Source: Candidatus Eiseniibacteriota bacterium
GTDB lineage: Bacteria > Eisenbacteria > RBG-16-71-46
Length of the DNA stretch: 64,000 nucleotides
Assembly (NCBI GenBank): GCA_044222065.1
Contig: JBGAOA010000002.1
Location: forward strand, 64,001 to 128,000
Reading direction: 5' to 3'
Both the position numbers and the translations under genes were made by a program. Shown in pieces: positions 21,724-31,177 of this stretch. The notes under the pieces were generated by a model that was not told the DNA's origin, searched no databases, and worked only from the letters and a program-made list of their open reading frames with translations. Numbering within the stretch: the first letter of the stretch is position 1; the number at the start of each line of letters is the position of its first letter.

Positions 21724-23830
21724 CGCACGGACGCTCGCGGCCGACGACCGCGCGCTGATCGAGCGCGTGGCTGCCCGGATCGCGGAGCTGCGCCTCGAGG
21801 TGCCGGCGCTCCTCACGATCGAGAGCGGGCGCCCGCTGTCGCTGCTCGCGAGCCAGACGATGCTGTTCTTCGAGCCGATCGTGCTCGCGCTGCTCCGGCT
21901 CGACTACCGCTTCGCGCGCCTCGTCGAGGACCGTGGCGCGCTCGAGGCGCTGTCGTGCGCGATCGAGGCCGCCGTCGAGGCGCGAGGCGGCGCGGCGCGC
22001 CGCGCGGGGGGGACGGGCGTGAGCCTCGATCCGAACGCGATCCGCTCGATCCTCGCGACCGACTGCGGCTCGACGACGACCAAGGCGATCCTGATCGAGC
22101 GCGGCGACGACGGTTACCGTCTCGTCGTACGCGGCGAGGCGCCCACGACGGTCGAGGCCCCGCACGAGGACGTGACGCGCGGCGTGCTCAATGCGATTCG
22201 CGAGATCGAGGAGCTGGCGGGGCGGCGGATCCTCGACGGTGAGCGCATCGTGTCGCCCGCGAACGGCGACGTGGGCGTGGACCTGTACCTCTCGACCTCG
22301 AGCGCGGGCGGCGGGCTCCAGATGATGGTGTCGGGCCTCGTGCTGCAGATGACCGGCGAGAGCGCGCAGCGTGCCGCGCTCGGCGCCGGCGCGATCGTGA
22401 TGGACGTGATCGCCCTCAACGACGGCCGTCGGCCGCACGAGAAGATCCGCCGGCTGCGGCAGCTGCGTCCCGACATGATTCTCATGTCCGGCGGCACGGA
22501 CGGCGGCGACGTGAAGCGCGTGGCCGAGATGGCCGAACTGCTCGTGGCCGCCGATCCGCGCGCCCGGCTCGGCGCCGGCTACGAGATGCCCCTGATCTAC
22601 GCGGGCAACCGCGACGCCGCGCCGGTCGTGAGCGACAATCTCGCGCGCCGGACGGCGCTCAGCGTCGTGCCGAACCTGCGGCCGTCGCTCGAGCGCGAGA
22701 ACCTGAAGCCCGCGCGCGACGCGATCCACGACCTCTTCATGGAGCACGTGATGGCGCACGCGCCGGGCTACCGGCGGCTGCGCGAGTGGTCGCCCGTGCC
22801 GATCATGCCGACGCCGGGCGCGGTCGGCCTGCTGATCGAGAAGGTCGCGCGGCGCGACGGCCTCGCGGTCGTCGGCGTGGACATCGGCGGCGCGACGACG
22901 GACGTGTTCTCGGTGTTCCAGGGCGTGTTCAACCGCACGGTGTCCGCGAACCTCGGAATGAGCTACTCGGTGTCGAACGTCATGGCGGAGGCCGGCATCG
23001 AGAACATCCTGCGCTGGGTGCCGTTCGCCGTGGACGAGGCGGAACTGCGGAACCGGATCAAGAACAAGATGATCCGCCCGACGACGATCCCGCACACGCT
23101 CGAGGACCTCGTGATCGAGCAGGCGATCTCGCGCGAGGCGCTGCGACTCGCGCTCGAACAGCACAAGGCGCTCGCGGTCGGGCTCAAGGGCGTGCAGACC
23201 GAGCGCACGATCTCGGACATCGTGGCGCAGGAAGAGAGCGGCGCCTCGCTCGTGAACCTGCTCGACCTCGGGCTCGTCGTGGGTTCGGGCGGCGTGCTGT
23301 CGCACGCCCCGCGGCGGGCGCAGGCCGCGGCGATGATGGTGGACGCGTTCCTGCCCGAGGGGCTGACGCAGCTCGCCGTGGACAGCATCTTCATGATGCC
23401 GCAGCTCGGCGTGCTCTCGACCGTGCACGAGGAGGCGGCGGCGCAGGTGTTCGAGAAGGACTGCCTGATCCGGCTGGGCGCCGTGCTCGCGCCGATCGGG
23501 ACGTCGCGACCCGGCCAGCCGTGCGTGTCGGTCGAGGTCGCCGTGCCGGGGCACGTCGCGACCGAACGCAAGGTCGCGTTCGGCGAGATGGCGCTGCTGC
23601 CGCTGCCGCCGACCGGCACCGCGCGCGTCACCGCCGTGCCCGACCGCGCGTTCGACCTCGGTCTCGGGCGCGGTCGCCCGCTCACGGCCGACGTTCCGGG
23701 CGGCGTCGTCGGCCTGATCGTGGACGCCCGCGGCCGCCGGCCGTTCACGCTCCCGGACGCGCCCGCCGCGCGGATCGCGAAGCTGCGCGAGTGGAATCGC
23801 GCGCTCGGCCTCTACCCGCGGGAGGTGTGA
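21713..23830 (+). CDS. GlmL (glutamate mutase L)-like ASKHA/actin-fold ATPase; the first ~100 aa are probably a separate small gene
   Basis: Phosphate-1 TDCGSTTTK, SSAGGGL, GGTDGG, MPTPGAV, phosphate-2 VDIGGATTDV, RTVSANLGM and GSGGVLSHAP. A GTGA at 22019-22022 looks like a coupled stop/start, making 22019 the likely true start. Confidence 0.85.
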   Translation: MASDARTLAADDRALIERVAARIAELRLEVPALLTIESGRPLSLLASQTMLFFEPIVLALLRLDYRFARLVEDRGALEALSCAIEAAVEARGGAARRAGGTGVSLDPNAIRSILATDCGSTTTKAILIERGDDGYRLVVRGEAPTTVEAPHEDVTRGVLNAIREIEELAGRRILDGERIVSPANGDVGVDLYLSTSSAGGGLQMMVSGLVLQMTGESAQRAALGAGAIVMDVIALNDGRRPHEKIRRLRQLRPDMILMSGGTDGGDVKRVAEMAELLVAADPRARLGAGYEMPLIYAGNRDAAPVVSDNLARRTALSVVPNLRPSLERENLKPARDAIHDLFMEHVMAHAPGYRRLREWSPVPIMPTPGAVGLLIEKVARRDGLAVVGVDIGGATTDVFSVFQGVFNRTVSANLGMSYSVSNVMAEAGIENILRWVPFAVDEAELRNRIKNKMIRPTTIPHTLEDLVIEQAISREALRLALEQHKALAVGLKGVQTERTISDIVAQEESGASLVNLLDLGLVVGSGGVLSHAPRRAQAAAMMVDAFLPEGLTQLAVDSIFMMPQLGVLSTVHEEAAAQVFEKDCLIRLGAVLAPIGTSRPGQPCVSVEVAVPGHVATERKVAFGEMALLPLPPTGTARVTAVPDRAFDLGLGRGRPLTADVPGGVVGLIVDARGRRPFTLPDAPAARIAKLREWNRALGLYPREV

Positions 23831-23831
23831 C

Positions 23832-24956
23832 GTGTCCGCCACCTACACGCCGGGCCTGCGCGTCACCGCCTCCGCACTCCTGCGTCGCGAGCGGCGGCTG
23901 CCGCTCAAGGGCGAAGTCCTCGTGAGCGCGGGGCAGGGCGTCGAGGCCGGAACGGTCGTCGCGCGCACCGACCTGCCGGGCAACGTGCAGACGGTGAACC
24001 TCGCGTCGCGGTTGTCGCTGGATCCGGCACGCGTCGAGAGCGCGCTCACGAAGCGCGTCGGCGAGTCGGTGCGGAAGGGCGAGACGCTCGCGGAGTCGAA
24101 GAGCCTGTTCGGGCTCGTCAAGAACTCGGTCGCCGCTCCCGCGGACGGCGTCATCGAGAGCGCCTCGCACGTCACGGGGCAGCTGATCCTGCGCGAGCCG
24201 CCGATCCCGGTCGAGGTCAACGCCTACGTGCGCGGCGTCGTCGTCGAGGTGCTGCCCGGGGAAGGCGTCGTCGTCGAGACGCACGGCGCGTTCCTGCAGG
24301 GAATCTTCGGCGTGGGCGGCGAGGCGTGCGGCCCGGTGAAGATCGCGGTGGACGATCCCGGGACCGATCTCACCCCCGACCGCATCACCGGCGAGCACCG
24401 CGGCGCCGTCGTCGTCGGCGGCGCGAAGATCTCGTTCGACGCGATCGCACGCGCGCGCGACGTCGGCGCGGCCGCGATCGTCGCCGGCGGACTCGACGAT
24501 GCCGATCTCAAGCGGCTGCTCGGCCGCGACCTCGGCGTCGCGATCACCGGGTCCGAGGACCTGGGCGTGACCGTGATCGTCACCGAGGGCTTCGGCCGCA
24601 TCCCGATGGCGGCCCGCGCCTGGAAGCTGCTGCGCGGCTGCGAGGGCCGCGACGCGTCCGTGAGCGGCGCGACGCAGATCCGAGCGGGCGTGATGCGCCC
24701 CGAGCTCGTGATTCCGGATCCGGCCACGAGCGCGCCCTCGGGCGAGACGGACGCGATCCCGGGCCTCGCGATCGGCGCCCAGCTGCGCGTCATCCGCGAG
24801 CCGTACTTCGGGCGAATCGGCACGGTCGTCGCGCTGCCGGCGGAGCTCCAGCCGCTCGAGACGGAGGCGCACGTGCGCGTGCTCGTGGTGGAGTTCGCCG
24901 ACGGCGGCGGCCGCGTCGTCGTGCCGCGGGCGAACGTCGAACTCATCTCGTCGTGA
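23832..24956 (+). CDS. Hypothetical soluble protein with barrel-sandwich hybrid (lipoyl/biotinyl-like) motifs and KOW-like C-terminus
   Basis: VSAGQGVEAGTVVA and VGESVRKGETLA...VAAPADGVIE motifs, TEGFG, and C-terminal LRVIREPYFGRIGTV...VPRANVE; GGAGG RBS. Confidence 0.8.
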   Translation: MSATYTPGLRVTASALLRRERRLPLKGEVLVSAGQGVEAGTVVARTDLPGNVQTVNLASRLSLDPARVESALTKRVGESVRKGETLAESKSLFGLVKNSVAAPADGVIESASHVTGQLILREPPIPVEVNAYVRGVVVEVLPGEGVVVETHGAFLQGIFGVGGEACGPVKIAVDDPGTDLTPDRITGEHRGAVVVGGAKISFDAIARARDVGAAAIVAGGLDDADLKRLLGRDLGVAITGSEDLGVTVIVTEGFGRIPMAARAWKLLRGCEGRDASVSGATQIRAGVMRPELVIPDPATSAPSGETDAIPGLAIGAQLRVIREPYFGRIGTVVALPAELQPLETEAHVRVLVVEFADGGGRVVVPRANVELISS

Positions 24957-24979
24957 GCGCCGCGGCGGACGCATTGTCG

Positions 24980-25009
24980 TTGACTTCGATTCCGAGCGGT
25001 TGCTAGCTT
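24980..25009 (+). promoter_or_regulatory. Putative internal sigma70 promoter
   Basis: TTGACT-N18-TAGCTT with a TG extension, upstream of the membrane-protein genes. Confidence 0.5.
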
Positions 25010-25083
25010 CGCCGCGATTCGCGCGGTCGCAAAGGAGTGCGGACGGGGCCTCGGCCCCGGAAAGTGAGGTGCCGTTGCGAGGG

Positions 25084-26313
25084 ATGGCGACGCGAAGGCC
25101 CGTCGGCCGCTGCATCCTCGCCGTGCTCGCGGCCGTCGTCGCGACGTGCGCCGCGGGTCCCGTCGGCGCCGAGGAGGCCCCGCCCGACGGCGGTGCGTTC
25201 TCTCCCGCACCCGCGGTCGCCGATACGACCCCCGCCGCTCCGCGCCCGGCCTCGGGACTCGTCGCGACCGACGTGCCGAACGACGCAGGCCGCGGCATCG
25301 CGCTGCGCTGGCGGCTCTCGCCGGACGACTCGCTCGGGCTGGTCGTGCGCTACGACGTCGAGCGCTCGGAGGCGCCGAGCGGCCCGTGGGCGCTCGTGGA
25401 CTCGGTGGACGCCGGCGCGAACGAGCGCGTGGACCAGTCGGTGCGGCGGAACACGGAGTACTTCTATCGCATCACGACGATCGGTCCCGGCGGGCGCGCG
25501 CCCGGACGCAGCGTGACTGGGCCCGTTCGCGCGCGCTCGTCCTGGATCAACACGACGCGCTGGAGCGTTCTCGCCCTGATGGTCGCGTTCTTCGCCTTCG
25601 TCCTCTACTACATCGCGAGCGCCCAGGCGGGGAAGAAGCCGTTCGTGCGGCGCATTCCCGGAGTGGACGCGATCGAGGAGGCGATCGGGCGCGCGACCGA
25701 GATGGGGCGCCCGGTGCTCTACGTGCCGGGCATCCTCGACATCGACGACATCCAGACCGTCGCGGGCCTCGTCATCCTGGAGTCGGTCGCGCGGCTCACG
25801 GCCAAGTACGAGACCCCGATCACCGTGCCCGTCAGCTACCCGATCCCGTTCACGATCGCCGAAGAGATGGTGAAGGGCGGCTACCTGCACGCGGGCCGTC
25901 CCGACGCGTATCCGGGCGACAGCGTACGCTTCGTCTCGCCGGAGCAGTTCGCGTACGTCGCCGCCGTCACGGGCATCATGCTGCGCGACCGTCCCGCCGC
26001 CCACATCTTCATGGGTGCGTTCTACGGCGAGTCCCTGATGCTCGCCGAGACCGGGTTCTCGACCGGCGCGATCCAGGTCGCGGGCACCGCGAACGTTCAC
26101 CAGCTGCCGTTCTTCGTCGTGGCCTGCGACTACACGCTCATCGGCGAAGAGCTGTTCGCCGCGAGCGCGTACCTGTCGGGCGAGCCTAAGCTCGTCGGCG
26201 GCCTCAAGGGCGCCGACCTCATGAAGCTCGTCGTCATCGCCATCATCGTCATCGGCTGCATCCTCGAGACGCTGCACGTCCACGGTCTCACGACGTGGAT
26301 GGCGACCCAGTAG
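25084..26313 (+). CDS. Fibronectin type III plus DUF6754-like membrane protein
   Basis: Signal peptide, FN3 (ATDVPNDAG..LRW...YFYRI), TM, then RRIPGVDAIEEAIGRATEMGRPVL domain, LIGEELFAASAYL and a C-terminal TM. Start uncertain (25000-25084). Confidence 0.8.
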   Translation: MATRRPVGRCILAVLAAVVATCAAGPVGAEEAPPDGGAFSPAPAVADTTPAAPRPASGLVATDVPNDAGRGIALRWRLSPDDSLGLVVRYDVERSEAPSGPWALVDSVDAGANERVDQSVRRNTEYFYRITTIGPGGRAPGRSVTGPVRARSSWINTTRWSVLALMVAFFAFVLYYIASAQAGKKPFVRRIPGVDAIEEAIGRATEMGRPVLYVPGILDIDDIQTVAGLVILESVARLTAKYETPITVPVSYPIPFTIAEEMVKGGYLHAGRPDAYPGDSVRFVSPEQFAYVAAVTGIMLRDRPAAHIFMGAFYGESLMLAETGFSTGAIQVAGTANVHQLPFFVVACDYTLIGEELFAASAYLSGEPKLVGGLKGADLMKLVVIAIIVIGCILETLHVHGLTTWMATQ

Positions 26314-26323
26314 GAGCGCGCGC

Positions 26324-26974
26324 GTGAAACGGGAAGTGCCGCTGTTCATCACCGCCGTGATCGGGCTGTTCATGATCCTGTCGTTCTTCGTGCCGCACGA
26401 GTGGGTGAGCGTGCCCGCGGACTTCCTGCAGCTGTGCGCGGTGATCGCGGTCGCGTTCGGCTACGTGCTCGGCGGCGCGAACGTGCTGCGCGTGAACTTC
26501 GACGGCATCTCGAAGCGCGAGCCCGGCTGGCCCTTCAAGCTCGTGCTCGTGCTCGCGCTCCTCACGACGGTCGCGGTCGGTGCGATGGAGGGCGAGGGGT
26601 TCCTGAATCCCGGCACGCGCAGCAAGTGGATCTACGACAACGTCTATTCGCCGATGAGCGCGACGATGTTCGCGCTGCTCGCGTTCTTCATCGCCTCGGC
26701 CGCGTTCCGCGCGTTCCGCATCCGCACGCTCGAGGCCGGCTTCCTCGCCGCGGCCGCGCTGATCGTGATGCTGGGGCGCGTGCCGATCGGGAACGTCATG
26801 ACGTCGTGGCTGCCCGAGCCGCTGCGGCTCCCCGTCGTGCAGGAGTGGATCATGGAGATCCCGCAGAACGCCTCGAAGCGCGCGATCCTCATGGGCGCGG
26901 CGCTCGGCGTCATGGCGACGGGGCTGCGCGTGATCCTCGGCATCGAGCGTTCCTACCTGAGCGGGGAGGACTGA
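26324..26974 (+). CDS. Polytopic membrane protein of unknown function
   Basis: About 6 TM helices with TMFALLAFFIASAAFRAFRIR and C-terminal LRVILGIER; AGGAG RBS. Confidence 0.8.
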   Translation: MKREVPLFITAVIGLFMILSFFVPHEWVSVPADFLQLCAVIAVAFGYVLGGANVLRVNFDGISKREPGWPFKLVLVLALLTTVAVGAMEGEGFLNPGTRSKWIYDNVYSPMSATMFALLAFFIASAAFRAFRIRTLEAGFLAAAALIVMLGRVPIGNVMTSWLPEPLRLPVVQEWIMEIPQNASKRAILMGAALGVMATGLRVILGIERSYLSGED

Positions 26975-26975
26975 C

Positions 26976-27818
26976 GTGAAGCTGCTGCACTCGCTCGAGC
27001 GCGTGGACCGGCGCTGGCTGTTCCTGCTGATGGGACTGCTCGTACTGCTGCCGCTGCTCTTCCCGCTCAGCCTGCCGATCTTCGTCTCGCAGCCGACGCA
27101 GGGCTTCTACGACGCGATCGCGAAGATCCCCGACGGCTCCACGGTGCTGTTCTCGTGCGACTACGATCCCGGCTCGATCCCCGAGATGGTGCCGATGACG
27201 CGCTCGGCGCTGCGCCAGATGATGCGCAAACGCTGCAAGCTCGTCGTCACGGTGCTGTGGCCCGGCGGGCCGGGGCTCGTGGACCTCGTGATCCGCGACC
27301 TGCTCGCCGAGGAGTTCCCGGACCGGACGTACGGCGTGGACTGGGTGAACCTCGGCTACAAGTCGGGCAACGAGGCCGTGATGGTGCTCATGGGGCAGGG
27401 CATCGCGAACGCGTTCCCGAAGGACTACCGCGGCAACGACGTCAACGCGCTGCCGCTCATGCGCACGGTGCGCGACTACTCGAGCTTCCCGATCCTCGTG
27501 AACATCTCGTCGGGCTACCCGGGCACGAAGGAGTGGGTCCAGCAGGTGCAGGCGCGATTCCACCTGCCGATGGTCGCGGGCGTCACCGCCGTGAGCGCGC
27601 CGGAGTTCTATCCGTACCTCCAGTCGGGCCAGCTGCTCGGACTGCTCGGCGGCATGGCGGGCGCGGCCGAGTACGAGAAGCTCGTGGGCGACCTGCCCGG
27701 CCCCGGCACGGCGCAGCGCGGCATGGACGCGCAGTCGCTCGCGCACGTGTTCGTGGCGCTCTGCATCCTGCTCGGCAACGTCGTTCAGTGGTCGAGGCGG
27801 CGGGGGGCCGGCTCGTGA
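26976..27818 (+). CDS. Membrane-anchored alpha/beta protein of unknown function
   Basis: N-terminal TM, soluble domain (DYDPGS, YGVDWVNLGYK, YPYLQSGQ..GLLGGMAGAAEYE), MDAQS and a C-terminal TM. Confidence 0.8.
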   Translation: MKLLHSLERVDRRWLFLLMGLLVLLPLLFPLSLPIFVSQPTQGFYDAIAKIPDGSTVLFSCDYDPGSIPEMVPMTRSALRQMMRKRCKLVVTVLWPGGPGLVDLVIRDLLAEEFPDRTYGVDWVNLGYKSGNEAVMVLMGQGIANAFPKDYRGNDVNALPLMRTVRDYSSFPILVNISSGYPGTKEWVQQVQARFHLPMVAGVTAVSAPEFYPYLQSGQLLGLLGGMAGAAEYEKLVGDLPGPGTAQRGMDAQSLAHVFVALCILLGNVVQWSRRRGAGS

Positions 27819-28501
27819 GTCTGCACGTCTCGGCCGACCTCGGCATCTGGTGCGGCGCGCTGCTGACGCTGTGCGTGTTCAGCTTCCTCTACAAGGACAA
27901 TCCGCTCTACAAATTCGCCGAGCACCTGTTCGTGGGCGTGTCGGCCGGCTACTACATCATCCTGAACTTCTGGACCGTGATCTGGCCGAACCTGCTGCAG
28001 CCGCTCGCAAGGTCGTTCGCGGGCCGCGGCGACACGGCGCGCACGGGCATGTTCGCCGCCGAACTCGGCGACTACCGCGGACTGCTGCTCGTGCCGGCGC
28101 TGCTCGGACTGCTGCTGCTCACGCGGCTGTTCGGGAAGATCGGGTGGCTCTCGCGCTGGTCGCTCGCCGTCATCATCGGCGTGTACGCCGGCATCAAGAC
28201 GACGGGCTTCGCGCAGGGCGACTTCGTCGCGCAGCTGCAGGCGAGCCTGCAGCCGCTCTGGACCGGACAGCTCGGCTCGAGCGTGAGCGCGATCCTGTTC
28301 ACGATCGGGCTCATCACGTCGCTGCTGTTCTTCTTCTTCAGCCGCGAGCACCGGGGCGGCCTCGGCGTGCTGTCGCGCGTCGGCATGCTGTTCCTCATGG
28401 TGGGCTTCGGCGCGGGGTACGGCTACACCGTGATGTCGCGGGTGTCGCTGCTGATCGGCCGGTTCCAGTTCCTGATCGAGCAGTGGCTCGGCCTGCGCTG
28501 A
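27815..28501 (+). CDS. Polytopic membrane protein of unknown function
   Basis: GTG overlaps the upstream stop. About 6 TM helices with SFLYKDNPLYKFAEHLFVG and FGAGYGYTVMSR. Confidence 0.8.
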   Translation: MSLHVSADLGIWCGALLTLCVFSFLYKDNPLYKFAEHLFVGVSAGYYIILNFWTVIWPNLLQPLARSFAGRGDTARTGMFAAELGDYRGLLLVPALLGLLLLTRLFGKIGWLSRWSLAVIIGVYAGIKTTGFAQGDFVAQLQASLQPLWTGQLGSSVSAILFTIGLITSLLFFFFSREHRGGLGVLSRVGMLFLMVGFGAGYGYTVMSRVSLLIGRFQFLIEQWLGLR

Positions 28502-28532
28502 GCGCGGGCGCCGTACCGCCGGGGCGGACGCC

Positions 28533-29279
28533 GTGCTGAACCTGTGGTGCGACGACGGCCACCCGGCGCGCGAGAACATGCGCCGCGACGCGGCGCTGCT
28601 CGCGGCGGCCGAGGACGGCGCGGCGCCGGTGCTGCGGCTCTTCCGCTTCGATCCGCCGGGCCTCACGCTCGGGCACGCGCAGGACCCCGCGGCCGAACTC
28701 GACCTCGAGGCGTGCGAGCGCGACGGCGTCGAGTGGGCCGTCCGCCCGACGGGCGGGCGCGCGATCTTCCACGAGCACGAGTGGACGTACGCGTTCGCGT
28801 CCGCCGCCGACGACCCGGAGTGGGGCGGCGACCTCGCGGTCGCGTACGAGAAGGTGTCGCGGCTCGTGCGCGACTCGCTCGCGGATCTCGGCGTGCCGGT
28901 CGCGTTCGCGGGCGGACATCGCGGGCGGCTCGAAGGCGACCGCGCGAGCGCGGCCTGCTTCGCCTCGACCGCGCGCCACGAACTCGTCGTCGCGGGGCGC
29001 AAGCTCGCCGGGAGCGCGCAGCGACGGACGAGCCGCGCGTACCTGCAGCAGGGCAGCGTGCTGCTCGGCCCGGGGCACCTGCGGCTCGCGGAATTCCTGG
29101 CGCTGCCCGACGCGCGACGGGCAGCGGCGCGCGATGCGCTCGCGCGGTCGGCCACGGACGCCGGGGCGTGGATCCCGCCGGCGACGCCGCTCGGGCGCTG
29201 GGCCGATGCGATCGAGCGCGTGCGGCCCGGCGTTCATCGCGAGAACGGCGACGCCGGCCGACGGTGGTTGACCCTGTGA
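28533..29279 (+). CDS. Lipoate-protein ligase A / LipM-like octanoyltransferase
   Basis: NMRRDAALL, RPTGGRAIFH, CF, and GRKLAGSAQRR...QQGS motifs; located at the end of the gcv cluster. Confidence 0.88.
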   Translation: MLNLWCDDGHPARENMRRDAALLAAAEDGAAPVLRLFRFDPPGLTLGHAQDPAAELDLEACERDGVEWAVRPTGGRAIFHEHEWTYAFASAADDPEWGGDLAVAYEKVSRLVRDSLADLGVPVAFAGGHRGRLEGDRASAACFASTARHELVVAGRKLAGSAQRRTSRAYLQQGSVLLGPGHLRLAEFLALPDARRAAARDALARSATDAGAWIPPATPLGRWADAIERVRPGVHRENGDAGRRWLTL

Positions 29280-29297
29280 GAACGCGATTCCTATACT
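29268..29297 (+). promoter_or_regulatory. Putative sigma70 promoter of the Opp/Dpp operon
   Basis: TTGACC-N18-TATACT, 45 bp upstream of ATG 29342. Confidence 0.6.
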
Positions 29298-29341
29298 GCC
29301 GCGCACTTTCGCCGCCGCACCGCTCCACGGGAGACTTCCAC

Positions 29342-31165
29342 ATGCTCCGCCTCGTGCCGGGCCGGTTCCGTCGCGCGATCCTGATTCCGCTGCTCGCCCT
29401 CGCCGGTTGCGGTGGCCCGGCGCCTTCTCGCGACGCCTGGGTGGATCCCTATCCGCTGCCGGCCGACACGATGACCGTGGCCGCGCCCGAACTCGGGGTG
29501 CACGGCGGGCGGTTCGTGATCGCGGCGACGTCGAGCCCGAAGACCTTCAACCCCGTGATGGGGAGCGAGTCGTCGACGAACGACGTCACGTCTCGGCTGT
29601 TCGTCGGACTCGCGGACTGGGACTACCGCACGCATCAGGACTACGGCGTGCTCGCGAAGTCGTGGGAGCGGAGCCCCGACGGACTGACCTACACGTTCCA
29701 CCTGCGGCGAGGCGCGGCGTTCTCGGACGGACACGCGCTGACCTCCGACGACGTGCTGTTCACCGCTGCGGTGACGCTCGACTCGACGGTCGGCGCGTCG
29801 CTGCGCGCGTCGCTCCAGTCCGCCGGACGGCCGTTCGTCTTCGAGGCGCCCGACTCGTACACCGTGGTCGTGCGGCTCGCGGGCCCGCACCGGCTCGCGA
29901 TCGCCGCGATCGGGTCGCTGCGGGTTCTGCCGAAGCACCGACTCGAGGCCGCGTGGAAGGAGGGCCGCTTCCCCTCGTCCTACGGCACCGACACGCCGCC
30001 CGAGAGTCTCGTCACGAGCGGGCCGTGGATCCTGCGCTCCTACCTGCCGCAGGAGCGCACGGTCCTCGCACGAAACCCGTACTGGCTCGGCGTGGACGCG
30101 CGCGGAAACCGGCTGCCGTACCTCGACGAGGTCGTGCTCGTCGTGGTGCCCGATCAGGCCGCGGCGGCGCTGAAGTTCCAGTCGGGCGAGGTCGACGGAC
30201 TCGACAACGTGAAGAACGAGGACTACTCGACGTACGAGCAGGGGCAGGAGAAGGGCGACTACCATCTCTACGACCTCGGCCCGGGACTCAACACGTCGTT
30301 CCTGTGGTTCAACCTGCGGCTCGCCGAGGAATCGGCACCGGGGCGGAAGGCGGGGTCGCCCTACGCCGGGGAGGTCCCGTACTCGTGGTTCTCGCGCGTC
30401 GACTTCCGGCGCGCCGTCTCGCACGCGATCGATCGCGACGCGATCATCCGCGGTCCGTACTTCGGAGACGCCGTCAAGAACTGGGCGCACATCACGCCCG
30501 GCAACCCCGTGTGGTCGCTGACCGATGTCGTGCACTACGACTACGACCCCGAGCGCGCCAGGACGCTGCTCGCCGGGCTCGGCTGGAAGGACACCGACGG
30601 CGACGGACTGCTCGAAGACGAGCACGGCCGCACGATCCGCTTCACGATCAAGACGAACGGCGACAACAAGACGCGCATGGACGTCCTGACGATGATCCAC
30701 GACGACCTGCGCAAGGTCGGCGTGGACGCGGTCCCCGCGGGCAGCGATTTCAACACGCTGACGACGAACTTCCGGACCGACTTCCAGTACGAGGCGGCGC
30801 TGCTCGGGCTCGGTTCGGCCGTGCCGCCCGATCCCGGCATCGGCATGAACTTCTGGCGCTCCTCCGGCGTCATCCACTACTGGGCCCCGAAGCAGAAGCG
30901 CCCGATGAACGCGATCGAGGCGCGGCTCGACTCGCTCGCGGACGCGCACATCGCCGCGCTCGACGACGCGACGGCGCGCGAGACGTACCGGGCGCTCCAG
31001 ACCACGGTCAACGAGAACGCGTTCGTGATCTACCTGCCGAGCCAGGTCGTGCGCATCCCGGTCCGGAACGGCTTCGGGAACCTCTCGCCGAACGTGGTGC
31101 CGCACCGCCTGCTCTGGAACATCGACCAGGTGTTCGTGAAGCCGGGCGGCCGCCGCCGGTCCTGA
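29342..31165 (+). CDS. Peptide/nickel ABC transporter substrate-binding lipoprotein (family 5)
   Basis: Lipobox LALAG-C, PKTFNP, LAKSWE.SPDGLTYTFHLR.G..FSDG and FRRAVSHAIDR. Confidence 0.92.
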   Translation: MLRLVPGRFRRAILIPLLALAGCGGPAPSRDAWVDPYPLPADTMTVAAPELGVHGGRFVIAATSSPKTFNPVMGSESSTNDVTSRLFVGLADWDYRTHQDYGVLAKSWERSPDGLTYTFHLRRGAAFSDGHALTSDDVLFTAAVTLDSTVGASLRASLQSAGRPFVFEAPDSYTVVVRLAGPHRLAIAAIGSLRVLPKHRLEAAWKEGRFPSSYGTDTPPESLVTSGPWILRSYLPQERTVLARNPYWLGVDARGNRLPYLDEVVLVVVPDQAAAALKFQSGEVDGLDNVKNEDYSTYEQGQEKGDYHLYDLGPGLNTSFLWFNLRLAEESAPGRKAGSPYAGEVPYSWFSRVDFRRAVSHAIDRDAIIRGPYFGDAVKNWAHITPGNPVWSLTDVVHYDYDPERARTLLAGLGWKDTDGDGLLEDEHGRTIRFTIKTNGDNKTRMDVLTMIHDDLRKVGVDAVPAGSDFNTLTTNFRTDFQYEAALLGLGSAVPPDPGIGMNFWRSSGVIHYWAPKQKRPMNAIEARLDSLADAHIAALDDATARETYRALQTTVNENAFVIYLPSQVVRIPVRNGFGNLSPNVVPHRLLWNIDQVFVKPGGRRRS

Positions 31166-31177
31166 GACGCGGCGCGC

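Noticed and set aside
21713..22022. Novel N-terminal domain fused to GlmL
   Set aside because: The GTGA at 22019 and the assembly's indel pattern favour a separate small gene; this is unresolved without reads.
21713..23830. DNA mismatch-repair MutL partner for mutS
   Set aside because: Name collision only. The protein has ASKHA motifs, not the GHKL ATPase motifs of repair MutL.
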